A DNA stretch of 64,000 nucleotides from Prevotella sp. (GTDB lineage: Bacteria > Bacteroidota > Bacteroidia > Bacteroidales > Bacteroidaceae), in contig JAZUMR010000014.1 of NCBI GenBank assembly GCA_045603685.1, positions 3,101 through 67,100 on the forward strand, read 5' to 3'. Below are positions 35,712 through 45,565 of this stretch, one piece after another. Numbering within the stretch: position 1 is the stretch's first letter; every line of letters begins with the position of its first letter. A model generated the notes under the pieces. It worked only from the letters and a program-made list of their open reading frames with translations. It ran no database searches and was not told the DNA's origin. Position numbers and translations under genes: made by a program.

Positions 35712-38700
35712 ATGAAAAGAATCACTACGCTGATACTCGCTTTCTGCTCAGCGCTGGCATACGCTCAGACTATTTCTGACGATACGATGCGTGACATATA
35801 CGAGGAGGTGAAATCGCCATACAAATACGGAATGGTGGTGGCTCCTGCTGACAACAACCACAAGATAGACTGTCCGACGGTCTATCGCGAAGGCGGCAAA
35901 TGGTATATGACATACGTTGTATATAACGGCAGCGACGGACTCGACGGCCGCGGTTACACCACATGGCTTGCTGAGAGCGACAATCTGCTCGAGTGGCGCA
36001 CGCTCGGCTGTCTCCTCGACTATAAGGACAGCGGCTGGGACATGAACCAGCGAGGCGGATTCCCATCGCTCGTCTCATGGCAGTGGAACGGCGACTACCG
36101 CATGTCAGCATACAAGAACCGCTACTGGATGACTTACCTCGGCGGAGAAGGTACTGGCTACGAGGGCGTACGCGCACCGCTGTATATAGGACAGGCGTGG
36201 ACTGATGCTAACAAAAAGCGTCAGGACAATGCTTCTGGCGAGGCAGACCCTGCCATAACAACAGCACACGAATGGCAGGCAGCAGACAAGCCTATACTGC
36301 ACATAAACGACAAGGATGCACAGTGGTGGGAGAAACTCATACAGTATAAGAGCTATGTGTATGAGGACAAACACCGCACGCTGGGCAAACGCTTCGTCAT
36401 GTTCTACAATGCAGGCGGCGTAAACCCAGAAAACAATCACAAGGCGGAGCGCATCGGCATAGCACTCTCTAACAACATGAAGAAATGGGAGCGCTATGAA
36501 GGCAATCCGGTCTTCGCACAGGAGGTGCCAGGCATAATCACAGGCGACGCTCAGATTGCCGATTTCACCGATTGGGAAGGCAATTCTGTCAATGGCAAGA
36601 ACAGCCCGCTCTACGTCATGTTCTACTTCTCTGCATACGACCCGCAGCGCAAGTATAATGCGTTCAATACCTTCGCCGTGTCACGCGACCTTGTCAACTG
36701 GCAGAAGTGGGAGGGTGCAGACCTCGTATATCCTACCAAGGACTACGACGAAATGTTCGCCCATAAGAGTTATGTGCTGAAGCATGACGGCGTGGTGTAT
36801 CATTTCTACTGTGCTGTAAACAACGATGGACAGCGCGGCATAGCACTCGCTACATCAAAGCCGATGGGCAAGTCGGCTGTCACTTTCCCTGAGCCAGAGC
36901 GCAAGGGCAAACGAATCGTCACATCGCTCAACGATAACTGGCAGACACGCCTCCTCACAACGAATGCCGAGGTGGCAGGCGAGAAAACGGCAACAGTAAA
37001 CATCCCGCACAACTGGGACGACTACTACGGATACCGTCAGCTCAAGCACGGCAACCTGCACGGCTCTGCTGTATACGAAAAGACATTCGCCTACGAGAAG
37101 AAGCAGGGCAAGCGATACTTCCTCTTCTTCGAAGGCGTTGGATCATACGCTACTGTCACGCTCAACGGACACACATGGCCGAAGCAGTCAGTAGGACGAA
37201 CCACATGGACTCTCGACATTACTGACCACGTGAAAAACGGAAGCAACAGCCTCTCAGTGCTCTGCGACCATCCTGAACTAATCACCGACATGCCGTGGGT
37301 TTGTGGCGGATGCTCATCTGAATGGGGCTTCTCTGAGGGCAGCCAGCCGCTCGGCATCTATCGTCCGCTATCGCTCATCGAGACTGACGAGGTGCGCATA
37401 GAGCCGTTCGGAGTGCATGTGTGGAACAATAACGCATGTGACACCGTATACATAAACAACGAAATAAAGAACTACGGTGCAGCAGCGGCTGAGTTCGAGG
37501 TTGTCAACAACTTCAATCTCGCCAGCGGGAAGCGCATCTTCCGCCTCACAGAGAAGGTCACACTGCAGCCTGGCGAGACACGCATCGTGAGCCTGAAATC
37601 CGCCATCAGCAACCCTATGCGCTGGTCGCCAGCAGAGCCTTACCTCTATAATGTGGTCTCTATGATAAAGCGTAACGGCAAGACCACCGACCAGGTCGTA
37701 ACGCCTTACGGCATACGTAACATACAGTATGTGCGCAAGAATGCAGCGCCGGGATTCTTCATGAACGGCGAGCGCACGTTCATCAACGGCACATGCGAAT
37801 ACGAACATCTCCTCGGAGGCGGACACGCATTCTCGCCAGAGCAGATAAAGTCGCGTATAAAGCTCATACAGCAGGCTGGTTTCAACGCCTACCGTGAGGC
37901 CCACCAGCCGCACAACCTGCTTTATCAGCAACTGCTCGACAGCAAGGGAATACTCTTCTGGAGCCAGTTCTCGGCACACATCTGGTATGATACTCCTCAG
38001 TTCCGCGAGAACTTCAAGCGTCACATGCGCCAGTGGATAAAGGAACGCCGCAACTCTCCGAGTGTCATCATGTGGGGATTGCAGAACGAATCAACGCTTC
38101 CAAAGGCCTTCGCTGAGGAGTGCTGCGCCATTATCCGTGAGATGGACCCTACCTGCGCCATGTCTGAAGGACAGCCAGGACGTCTCATCACCACCTGCAA
38201 CGGTGGCGACGGAAGCGACTGGAACGTCATACAGAACTGGAGCGGCACATACGGTGGCACCGCACTCAACTATGACAACGAGATGAAACGCCCTGACCAG
38301 CTGCTCAACGGAGAGTATGGCGCATGGCGAACCATAGGACTCCACAGCGAGGCTCCTCTCGATTCGCTGCGCAAGGAGAAGGCATACAGCGAGGAGCGGG
38401 CCACTGACCTCATGGAGACTAAGGTGCGTCTGGCGGAGGAAGTGAAGGATAGCATCTGCGGACACTATCAGTGGATATTCGCCACTCACGACAATCCAGG
38501 ACGTGTACAGCCAGATGAAGCTTACCGCATGACAGACAAGATTGGTCCGATAAACTATAAGGGACTGCTCACGGTGTGGGAACAGCCTGCCGACATGTAT
38601 TTCATGTATCGTGCCAACTACGTCTCTCCAGACGACGACCCGATGGTTTACATCAACTCACACACATGGGCTGACCGTTTCAAAAACACTGGACCGCGAC

Positions 38701-39995
38701 GCACAGACATAGCGGTTTACAGTAATTGCGATAGCGTCATGCTTTACAATAGTGCCAACGACAAGGTGTATCTCGGACGCAAACGCAACGCCCGCAAGCC
38801 TGGCACACACATGCTGTGGGAGCATCGCATGGTAAAATACAATGTGCTTCGTGCTGTAGGCTATCGTCACGGAAAGGCTGTGGCAGAGGATATCATCCTG
38901 CTCGAGGGACTGGAGAAGGCTCCTGGATACGAACTTCTCTACGGTCCGTCAGCAGTTGTCCCAACACCTGCTGATAACAATCGCGACATCATGAAGCCTG
39001 CTGACGGCAACTATGTGCTGCGTCTGAACTGCGGCGGCGACTCATATACCGACTCGTATGGCAACAAATGGCAGTGCGACGACATGACATACAGCCGTTC
39101 ATGGGGCGATTTCTTCGCAAATAAAGATACTGTGCAGTCAGTCCTTAATGTACAGAAGGCAAAGGCTTCACAGGCTTCTGTCAGCGTGCCTATACACGGA
39201 ACACGTGATTGGAATCTCTTCCAGACCTTCCGATACGGACGCCATCGTCTGCAGTATGAGTTCCCTCTGCCTGACGGAACATATCATGTGGAACTCTATT
39301 TCGCAGAACCTTGGCTCGGAATCGGCAGCGGAATAAAGGGTGACTATGAGGGACAGCGCTTGTTCTCTGTAGCCGCAAACGGCAAGACCGTTATCCGTGA
39401 CCTCGACGTATGGGCAGAGGCTGGACATGCGGGAGCATTGAAGAAGACTGTCGCCGTTGATGTAAAGGGTGGAAAACTTACGCTTTCTTTCCCTGAAGTG
39501 AAGGCTGGCGAGGCTGTCATATCAGCCATTGCAATCATTGCGCCGCAGGGTGTTAAGCCGCTGCCGGTAGGAAAGGACGGTGTATGGAAGGCTATCGAGG
39601 CTGACCGCGTGGAGCGTCTGCCGAAGTCAATGCTGCCTGCTGACGAGGAAGCATTCCCTGCAAGCCGCTACACACCGCTGAAGAATCTCAAGGCACGTGA
39701 TAAGAGTGAGACAATGTTCCTTATCACTCCAGGCGTTGCCCGTGAGTATGCGCTGCGCTTCAGATACCGCAACGAGGGCGAACCAGTAACCGCTCAGATG
39801 CGAATCATCGACGAAAAGGGCATCACACTTGTCGACAGAGAGATTCTCATACCGTCACAGCCAAGGAAGTTCAAGATGATTAGCACCACTACGGGCACAC
39901 AGATTAATGCCGGAAACTATCATCTGCAACTCCTGCAGCCTGGCACTAAGAAGACCATAAAGGGCGTTGAGTTCGAGTATGTAGAGGTGCAGTGA
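35712..39995 (+). CDS. Multi-domain glycosidase: N-terminal five-bladed-propeller-like domain (GH43/GH130/GH137-like), GH2 catalytic core, malectin-like domain and a C-terminal beta domain
   Basis: Start at ATG 35712 (MKRITTLILAFCSALAYAQ). GH2 motifs NIPHNWDDY, FNAYREAHQPHN and VIMWGLQNES. Malectin motif LRLNCGGDSYTDSYGNKWQCDD..YHVELYFAEPW. Confidence 0.75.
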   Translation: MKRITTLILAFCSALAYAQTISDDTMRDIYEEVKSPYKYGMVVAPADNNHKIDCPTVYREGGKWYMTYVVYNGSDGLDGRGYTTWLAESDNLLEWRTLGCLLDYKDSGWDMNQRGGFPSLVSWQWNGDYRMSAYKNRYWMTYLGGEGTGYEGVRAPLYIGQAWTDANKKRQDNASGEADPAITTAHEWQAADKPILHINDKDAQWWEKLIQYKSYVYEDKHRTLGKRFVMFYNAGGVNPENNHKAERIGIALSNNMKKWERYEGNPVFAQEVPGIITGDAQIADFTDWEGNSVNGKNSPLYVMFYFSAYDPQRKYNAFNTFAVSRDLVNWQKWEGADLVYPTKDYDEMFAHKSYVLKHDGVVYHFYCAVNNDGQRGIALATSKPMGKSAVTFPEPERKGKRIVTSLNDNWQTRLLTTNAEVAGEKTATVNIPHNWDDYYGYRQLKHGNLHGSAVYEKTFAYEKKQGKRYFLFFEGVGSYATVTLNGHTWPKQSVGRTTWTLDITDHVKNGSNSLSVLCDHPELITDMPWVCGGCSSEWGFSEGSQPLGIYRPLSLIETDEVRIEPFGVHVWNNNACDTVYINNEIKNYGAAAAEFEVVNNFNLASGKRIFRLTEKVTLQPGETRIVSLKSAISNPMRWSPAEPYLYNVVSMIKRNGKTTDQVVTPYGIRNIQYVRKNAAPGFFMNGERTFINGTCEYEHLLGGGHAFSPEQIKSRIKLIQQAGFNAYREAHQPHNLLYQQLLDSKGILFWSQFSAHIWYDTPQFRENFKRHMRQWIKERRNSPSVIMWGLQNESTLPKAFAEECCAIIREMDPTCAMSEGQPGRLITTCNGGDGSDWNVIQNWSGTYGGTALNYDNEMKRPDQLLNGEYGAWRTIGLHSEAPLDSLRKEKAYSEERATDLMETKVRLAEEVKDSICGHYQWIFATHDNPGRVQPDEAYRMTDKIGPINYKGLLTVWEQPADMYFMYRANYVSPDDDPMVYINSHTWADRFKNTGPRRTDIAVYSNCDSVMLYNSANDKVYLGRKRNARKPGTHMLWEHRMVKYNVLRAVGYRHGKAVAEDIILLEGLEKAPGYELLYGPSAVVPTPADNNRDIMKPADGNYVLRLNCGGDSYTDSYGNKWQCDDMTYSRSWGDFFANKDTVQSVLNVQKAKASQASVSVPIHGTRDWNLFQTFRYGRHRLQYEFPLPDGTYHVELYFAEPWLGIGSGIKGDYEGQRLFSVAANGKTVIRDLDVWAEAGHAGALKKTVAVDVKGGKLTLSFPEVKAGEAVISAIAIIAPQGVKPLPVGKDGVWKAIEADRVERLPKSMLPADEEAFPASRYTPLKNLKARDKSETMFLITPGVAREYALRFRYRNEGEPVTAQMRIIDEKGITLVDREILIPSQPRKFKMISTTTGTQINAGNYHLQLLQPGTKKTIKGVEFEYVEVQ

Positions 39996-40048
39996 TGTCA
40001 ATGCACAGGCAATAACAAACATAAAGACAATATATGAAACAGTGTCAT

Positions 40049-40084
40049 TGCTGTCTGCGTCCTGCAGGAAGGAAGCAGACAGCA
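40049..40084 (+). other. Intercistronic stem-loop (10-bp stem, no U-tract)
   Basis: tgctgtctgc pairs with gcagacagca. Confidence 0.7.
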
Positions 40085-40113
40085 TGATAGACCTAAGAAA
40101 CAGATATACCATT

Positions 40114-43100
40114 ATGAAGCAAAGACATATCGCAGTGTCGTTTGCCATGTGCTGCATATCAGGCGTATCAGCAGCACAACACGACTGGGAGAATGAAAAT
40201 GTAATACAGATAAACCGTGAGCCGGCGCGTGCATACTTCATGCCGTATGCTTCCAAGCCAGGCGACCGCCAGCTGTCACTCAACGGAACATGGCAGTTCC
40301 GCTGGGCACCCACGCCTGAAGCGATTGACAAGGCGCAGTGGACCACCATCGCAGTGCCAGCCAATTGGGAGGTGAATGGTTTCGGAACGCCTATCTACTC
40401 TTCGTCTGGATATACCTTCAAGGTAAACCCTCCTTACGTCATGGGCACTCCGAAGAAAGGCTATACGACAGAAATAGAGCGTAACCCTACAGGACACTAC
40501 CGCCGCACATTCACTCTTCCGGAGACATGGAACACTGACGGCGGACAGACATATCTGCGTTTCGACGGCGTGATGTCTGCATTCTACGTCTACATCAACG
40601 GCAAGAGAGCAGGCTATTCGCAGGGAAGCAATCATCCGTCAGAGTTTAATGTTACGCAATATGTTAAGGCTGGCGAGAACGAAATCAGCCTTGAGGTGTA
40701 TAAATACAGCGACGGCTCGTATCTTGAAGACCAGGATGCGTGGCGTTTTGCCGGCGTTCATCGTGATGTGACGCTCTTCCATACACCATCAATTCGCTTG
40801 CGCGACTATGCCATCCGCACCGTTGCAACAGATGACACATACCGTAACTTCTCGCTGCAGATAAATCCTAAACTGCAGAGCCACGACGGACACAGCGGCG
40901 AGGGCTACACGGTCAGAGCCGAGCTGTATGATGCTGACGGAGCAAAGGTGACTGAGATGTCTGCCGATGCACTGCCGATACTGAACCTTGCACATAAAGC
41001 TGGCGTGATGAACGAATGGTATCCGCAGCGCGGACACATGAAGTTCAACCGCATGGATACTGTTGTGAACAACGTGAAGACATGGACAGCAGAGACTCCA
41101 TACCTCTATACGCTGCGCCTGTCGCTCGTCGACGACAAGGGAAATACCATTGAGCAGGCGGTACAGAAAGTAGGTTTCCGCCATCTTGCCATAAAGGACG
41201 GCATGTTCCTTGTCAACGGCAAGCAGGTCCGTTTCCGCGGAGTAAACCGCATAGAGTTCGATCCTTACCACGCACGTGTCGTTTCAGAAGAACGCATGCT
41301 GCAGGACATACGCCTCATGAAAGAGGCTAACATCAATGCCGTTCGTACAGCCCACTCGCCAGCACAGCCTCGCTGGTACGAGCTGTGCGACTCTCTCGGT
41401 CTTTATGTCCTTGACGAGGCGGATGCTGAAAACCACGGCGTGCGAGGTGAATTTACGTCGACTCCGTCATGGAACACAGCCATGATGGACCGTGTCATAC
41501 GTCTTGCGGAGCGCGACAAGAATCATCCTTGCGTGGTATTCTGGAGCCTTGGCAATGAAAGCGGCTACGGAGCAAACCATAGCGCGATGGCCGGATGGCT
41601 GCATGAGTTCGACCCTACGCGTTTCGTTCACTACGAAGGAGCACAGGGAACGACAGAGGGCAACATCTCGGAGACAGAGAACCCGCAGCCAGACCCTGTC
41701 TGCGTGGATGTCATCTCACGCTTCTATCCGCGTGTCATGCAGGAGTATCTCAATCCAGGCGTACCAGAAGGCTCTGACAAGGAGCGCGCAGAGAATGCCC
41801 GCTGGGAGCACCTGCTGGGTATAGCACAGAGAGAATGGAAGTTCTCTGGCGGCTATCTTGACGGTGTGGTAGACAACCGTCCGGTGCTGACATCAGAGTA
41901 TGCCCACTGCATGGGCAACGCCCTGGGCAATTTCCAGGAATACTGGGACGAGATATATTCTAACCGTCGCATGCTTGGCGGATTCATCTGGGACTGGGTA
42001 GACCAGGGCATCATACGCGACGGATGGGCGCATTACGGCGGCGACTTCGGCGACAAGCCTAACCTGAAGGCGTTCTGCTTTAACGGAGTAGTAATGTGTG
42101 AGCGTCAGACAACCTCTAAATACTTCGAGGTGAAGCACGTATACGCACCGGTGCAGTTCTCTCGTCATGGCGCAGACATATACGTCATAAACCGCAATCA
42201 TCATATTTCGCTCGACGGATACACACTGACAGGAACAATCAGCGTCAACGGCAAGAAGCAGAAGCCGTTTGTTATCCCGACACCAGAGGTGCAGCCTGGC
42301 GACAGCGCAGTGCTTGGAACGCTTGCCCAGCGCATAGCCGACGTGAAGAAGGAGGGCGATGTTCGCCTCAATATCCTTGTTACATGCGAGGGCCAGACAC
42401 AGCCAGTCATGGAGGAGCAGTTTGCGGTTTCAGGTTCGGTAATGGACTATGCAGCATCTATGAAGCCGTCAGCAAAACGTCTGAAGACGCTTGAAGGCAC
42501 TCCGCTCGGCAACATCAAGGCATCCTTCTTCCGCGCCCCTGTAGACAACGACAAGTCGTTTGGCAACTGGCTGGCTAAGGACTGGACACGCAACAATATG
42601 GCGACACCGGAGGTGAAGACTGTGAGCGGACTGAAGAGCGTGGGCGACAATGCTGTCGAGAAGGTAGAGGAATATGTCTTTGCCAGTGGAAGTATACTTG
42701 TCACTACCACCACCACGATTCTCAATAACGGCTCTGTCGATGTGGTACAGGAATATGAATGCCGCGGAGAACTGCCAGAACTGCCACGCCTCGGCATGCA
42801 ACTGACACTGCCAAAGGAATACGAACAACTCGAATACTACGGCCGCGGACCATGGGACACATATCCTGACCGCTGGCAGTCATGCCATGTCGGACTCTGG
42901 AAATCGAGCGTTACAGACGAGTACGCACACTTCCCTATGCCGCAGGATTGCGGCAATCACCGCGAGTGTGCCAGCGTCATGCTGAAGACAGCGAAGGGGA
43001 AGACATTCCGTGTGACAGCAGTAGATGAGCCATTCTCGTTCTCTGCGCTCCACTATACGCCGCAGGACATCATTGCAGTGAAGCATGATCACGAACTGAA

Positions 43101-43242
43101 GGAAGGCGACTACACCATTCTGACCATCGACTGTGCAGTACTGGGCATAGGCAACAGCAGCTGCGGCCCTGGCGTACTGAAGAAATACAGCATAGACAAG
43201 ACAAAGAAACACCGTCTGCATGTGAACATACAGATGCGCTGA
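40114..43242 (+). CDS. GH2 beta-galactosidase-like (LacZ architecture)
   Basis: Start at ATG 40114. HDWENENVIQINREPARAYFMPY, NAVRTAHSP, WSLGNESG, SEYAHCMGNALGNF, GGFIWDWVDQG. Confidence 0.9.
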   Translation: MKQRHIAVSFAMCCISGVSAAQHDWENENVIQINREPARAYFMPYASKPGDRQLSLNGTWQFRWAPTPEAIDKAQWTTIAVPANWEVNGFGTPIYSSSGYTFKVNPPYVMGTPKKGYTTEIERNPTGHYRRTFTLPETWNTDGGQTYLRFDGVMSAFYVYINGKRAGYSQGSNHPSEFNVTQYVKAGENEISLEVYKYSDGSYLEDQDAWRFAGVHRDVTLFHTPSIRLRDYAIRTVATDDTYRNFSLQINPKLQSHDGHSGEGYTVRAELYDADGAKVTEMSADALPILNLAHKAGVMNEWYPQRGHMKFNRMDTVVNNVKTWTAETPYLYTLRLSLVDDKGNTIEQAVQKVGFRHLAIKDGMFLVNGKQVRFRGVNRIEFDPYHARVVSEERMLQDIRLMKEANINAVRTAHSPAQPRWYELCDSLGLYVLDEADAENHGVRGEFTSTPSWNTAMMDRVIRLAERDKNHPCVVFWSLGNESGYGANHSAMAGWLHEFDPTRFVHYEGAQGTTEGNISETENPQPDPVCVDVISRFYPRVMQEYLNPGVPEGSDKERAENARWEHLLGIAQREWKFSGGYLDGVVDNRPVLTSEYAHCMGNALGNFQEYWDEIYSNRRMLGGFIWDWVDQGIIRDGWAHYGGDFGDKPNLKAFCFNGVVMCERQTTSKYFEVKHVYAPVQFSRHGADIYVINRNHHISLDGYTLTGTISVNGKKQKPFVIPTPEVQPGDSAVLGTLAQRIADVKKEGDVRLNILVTCEGQTQPVMEEQFAVSGSVMDYAASMKPSAKRLKTLEGTPLGNIKASFFRAPVDNDKSFGNWLAKDWTRNNMATPEVKTVSGLKSVGDNAVEKVEEYVFASGSILVTTTTTILNNGSVDVVQEYECRGELPELPRLGMQLTLPKEYEQLEYYGRGPWDTYPDRWQSCHVGLWKSSVTDEYAHFPMPQDCGNHRECASVMLKTAKGKTFRVTAVDEPFSFSALHYTPQDIIAVKHDHELKEGDYTILTIDCAVLGIGNSSCGPGVLKKYSIDKTKKHRLHVNIQMR

Positions 43243-43306
43243 TAACACCATCTGGCAGCACTGCCAGACTGCCTCAGCGATACCGCAGGCAGAAACAGAA
43301 CCCATC

Positions 43307-43344
43307 AGTTGGGCAGCATGATGTGTGGTTCATGCTGCCCAACT
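43307..43344. terminator. 15-bp stem-loop ending the glycosidase block
   Basis: agttgggcagcatga pairs with tcatgctgcccaact, followed by tcttta. Confidence 0.7.
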
Positions 43345-43381
43345 TCTTTATACAGGATTCACTTCCCCCTACTCTGCGATG

Positions 43382-43389
43382 CAAAGTTA
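43382..43389 (-). promoter_or_regulatory. Orphan -7 box TAACTTTG with no CDS downstream on its strand
   Basis: The + strand reads caaagtta. It points toward the hairpin at 43307-43344. Confidence 0.3.
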
Positions 43390-43649
43390 CATAATCAGAA
43401 AGGCAGAATCAAGTTTTATGTGGATAGACTTATGGATAGAGAAGAGGATAGACGCATATTCCGCAAGAGCAAGAAACACCTATTCACATATATATACTGC
43501 GGCAAGAGCATAGCCATCACACACACCGCAGCATAATATCCGCCATCATACACAGACAGGAGGCAGCACCTGAATGAATCAGGCACTGCCCCCTGCACTA
43601 TATAATATATGTATTAGTCGTTCTGTACGGACATCAGCGTCCGCTACCG

Positions 43650-44177
43650 CTATCGTACTATAAGCACCACAGCATACGCCGACATGCCCTCCTCACGCCC
43701 CGTAAAGCCCAGTTTCTCTGTTGTCGTAGCCTTTATAGACACATTCTCGACATCAGTATTGAGTATGCCAGCAAGACATTCCTTCATGGCTGGCACATGA
43801 GGATTAATCTTCGGACGCTCAGCACATATCGTAGCATCAATATTCCCGACATACCAGCCCTTCTCATTCAGCAGCTCGTTGGTCTTGCGCAGGAGAATCT
43901 TCGAGTCTATTCCGTCAGTTTCGGCTGCTGTATCAGGGAAATGATAGCCTATGTCACGCATATTCGCAGCACCGAGCATGGCGTCGCAGATGGCATGTAT
44001 AAGCACATCAGCATCACTATGTCCAAGCAGTCCGAGGCTGTGATCAATCTTTATTCCTCCAAGCCAGAGGTCGCGTCCCTCCACGAGCTTATGCACATCG
44101 AAACCCATGCCTACCCTTATATTAAGCGCAGGAGCAGCATTCGGCTGTCTGTTTTCTGTATTCTTGTTGCTGTTCAT
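43650..44177 (-). CDS. ispF: 2-C-methyl-D-erythritol 2,4-cyclodiphosphate synthase
   Basis: RVGMGFDVHKLVEGRDLWLGGIKIDHSLGLLGHSDADVLIHAICDA. Confidence 0.95.
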   Translation of the reverse strand: MNSNKNTENRQPNAAPALNIRVGMGFDVHKLVEGRDLWLGGIKIDHSLGLLGHSDADVLIHAICDAMLGAANMRDIGYHFPDTAAETDGIDSKILLRKTNELLNEKGWYVGNIDATICAERPKINPHVPAMKECLAGILNTDVENVSIKATTTEKLGFTGREEGMSAYAVVLIVR

Positions 44178-44313
44178 CTTGCTTTTTTATTGTCAGTCCG
44201 TTACCCTTTTGGTTATAAGATATAGGCGTTCCATTGTCAGTCCGCTGTCTTCTTGGTGTCAGACTGCTGTCTTACGGGGATTCAGCGGCAGTCTGCCACG
44301 ACGCTGGCAGCAT

Positions 44314-45486
44314 TTATCTGCGCTGGAAGATGTCCTTTATGCCGTCCATATCAAACGCCAGCGAGAAGCGCAGAGTCTGGTCGAGAGGGTTCGACTTAGC
44401 AGTAGCGATAACGTAACCCACATCAAGTGAGAACACATTCATCTTGAATCCGGCACCGAGAGTGAAGTATTTACGGTTACCTTTGTTCTCTGCCTCGTGG
44501 TGGTATCCTGCTCGCAGAGCGAACTTGTCATGGTAGATATACTCCGCACCCACACTCCACTGTATTTCCTCCAGCTCCTCCTTCATGCCGTTAGGGGCAT
44601 CAGAGAAACTCTTGAAGATACCAGATATAGCGCCCACATCATAGTATTCCTTCTGCACACGATCCTCATATTCCGAGCTCGACTCACCGTCTAACTGCTT
44701 CGGATATGTCGGCACGAGCAGTTTGTTAGCATCAGCAGCAATGGTGAAACGATTGTATTCATCTACAGGAATCATCAGCGAAGCACCTAAACGCATGTTT
44801 GTCGGTATGAACTCCGCATTGTTTGAGCCGCCGAAAGTTATCTTTGAACCGATATTAGAGACATTCAGACCAAGTCCGAGCTGACACTCTCGCATGCCGA
44901 TATTCACATAATTCTGGTAGTAGCATGATATGTCGGCAGCGAAAGCCGAACCTGGTGATGTATCCTCCGTATAGTCCCAGGTAAGGTCAGAGTAAATCCA
45001 ACGCACGGCAGCGCCTATAGAGAATGACTCGCTGAGCATCATAGAGTAAGCCACATCAAGAGACATTTCATAAGGATTGATAGTCATGTCGTTCGAACCA
45101 GATATATCGCTGGAGGTGAAGACCTCGCCAAGCGAGAAGTATCTGAGCGAGCCTGACACGGCAGAATAGTCGCCTATGCGGTAGTATCCGGCAAGATACG
45201 CCAAGTCCATATCGCTCACCAACTGGCGGAGCCATGGCGTATAGTTGAGCGCAACGCCCGCACGCGAGATAGTAAACGGATATTTTGCAGGATTCCAGTA
45301 CTGCGATACAACGTCCGGATCAGTAGCCGCTCCGACGTCACCCATACCGGCAGAACGCGCATCAGGCGCAATTGTCTGCGATGTAACACTGGCGTTAATC
45401 GGATTAAACATATTCTCCTTGTCCTGTGCTGCTGCCTTCAGTACGGCAATGCTTAGCATCAGGAGCATCATGATTGATTTTCTCAT
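44314..45486 (-). CDS. porV: T9SS outer-membrane shuttle protein PorV (LptO)
   Basis: 390 aa with a signal peptide. ARSAGMGDVGAATDPD..YWNPAKY, a beta-barrel-like alternating pattern, and a position immediately downstream of porU as in Porphyromonas. Confidence 0.8.
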   Translation of the reverse strand: MRKSIMMLLMLSIAVLKAAAQDKENMFNPINASVTSQTIAPDARSAGMGDVGAATDPDVVSQYWNPAKYPFTISRAGVALNYTPWLRQLVSDMDLAYLAGYYRIGDYSAVSGSLRYFSLGEVFTSSDISGSNDMTINPYEMSLDVAYSMMLSESFSIGAAVRWIYSDLTWDYTEDTSPGSAFAADISCYYQNYVNIGMRECQLGLGLNVSNIGSKITFGGSNNAEFIPTNMRLGASLMIPVDEYNRFTIAADANKLLVPTYPKQLDGESSSEYEDRVQKEYYDVGAISGIFKSFSDAPNGMKEELEEIQWSVGAEYIYHDKFALRAGYHHEAENKGNRKYFTLGAGFKMNVFSLDVGYVIATAKSNPLDQTLRFSLAFDMDGIKDIFQRR

Positions 45487-45565
45487 TATCTTATACTATA
45501 TTTTTTATTTTCAGTCTTGTTATTTCCCGCTCCACAGGAAGGTTCTCCGGGCAGAATCAGGAATA

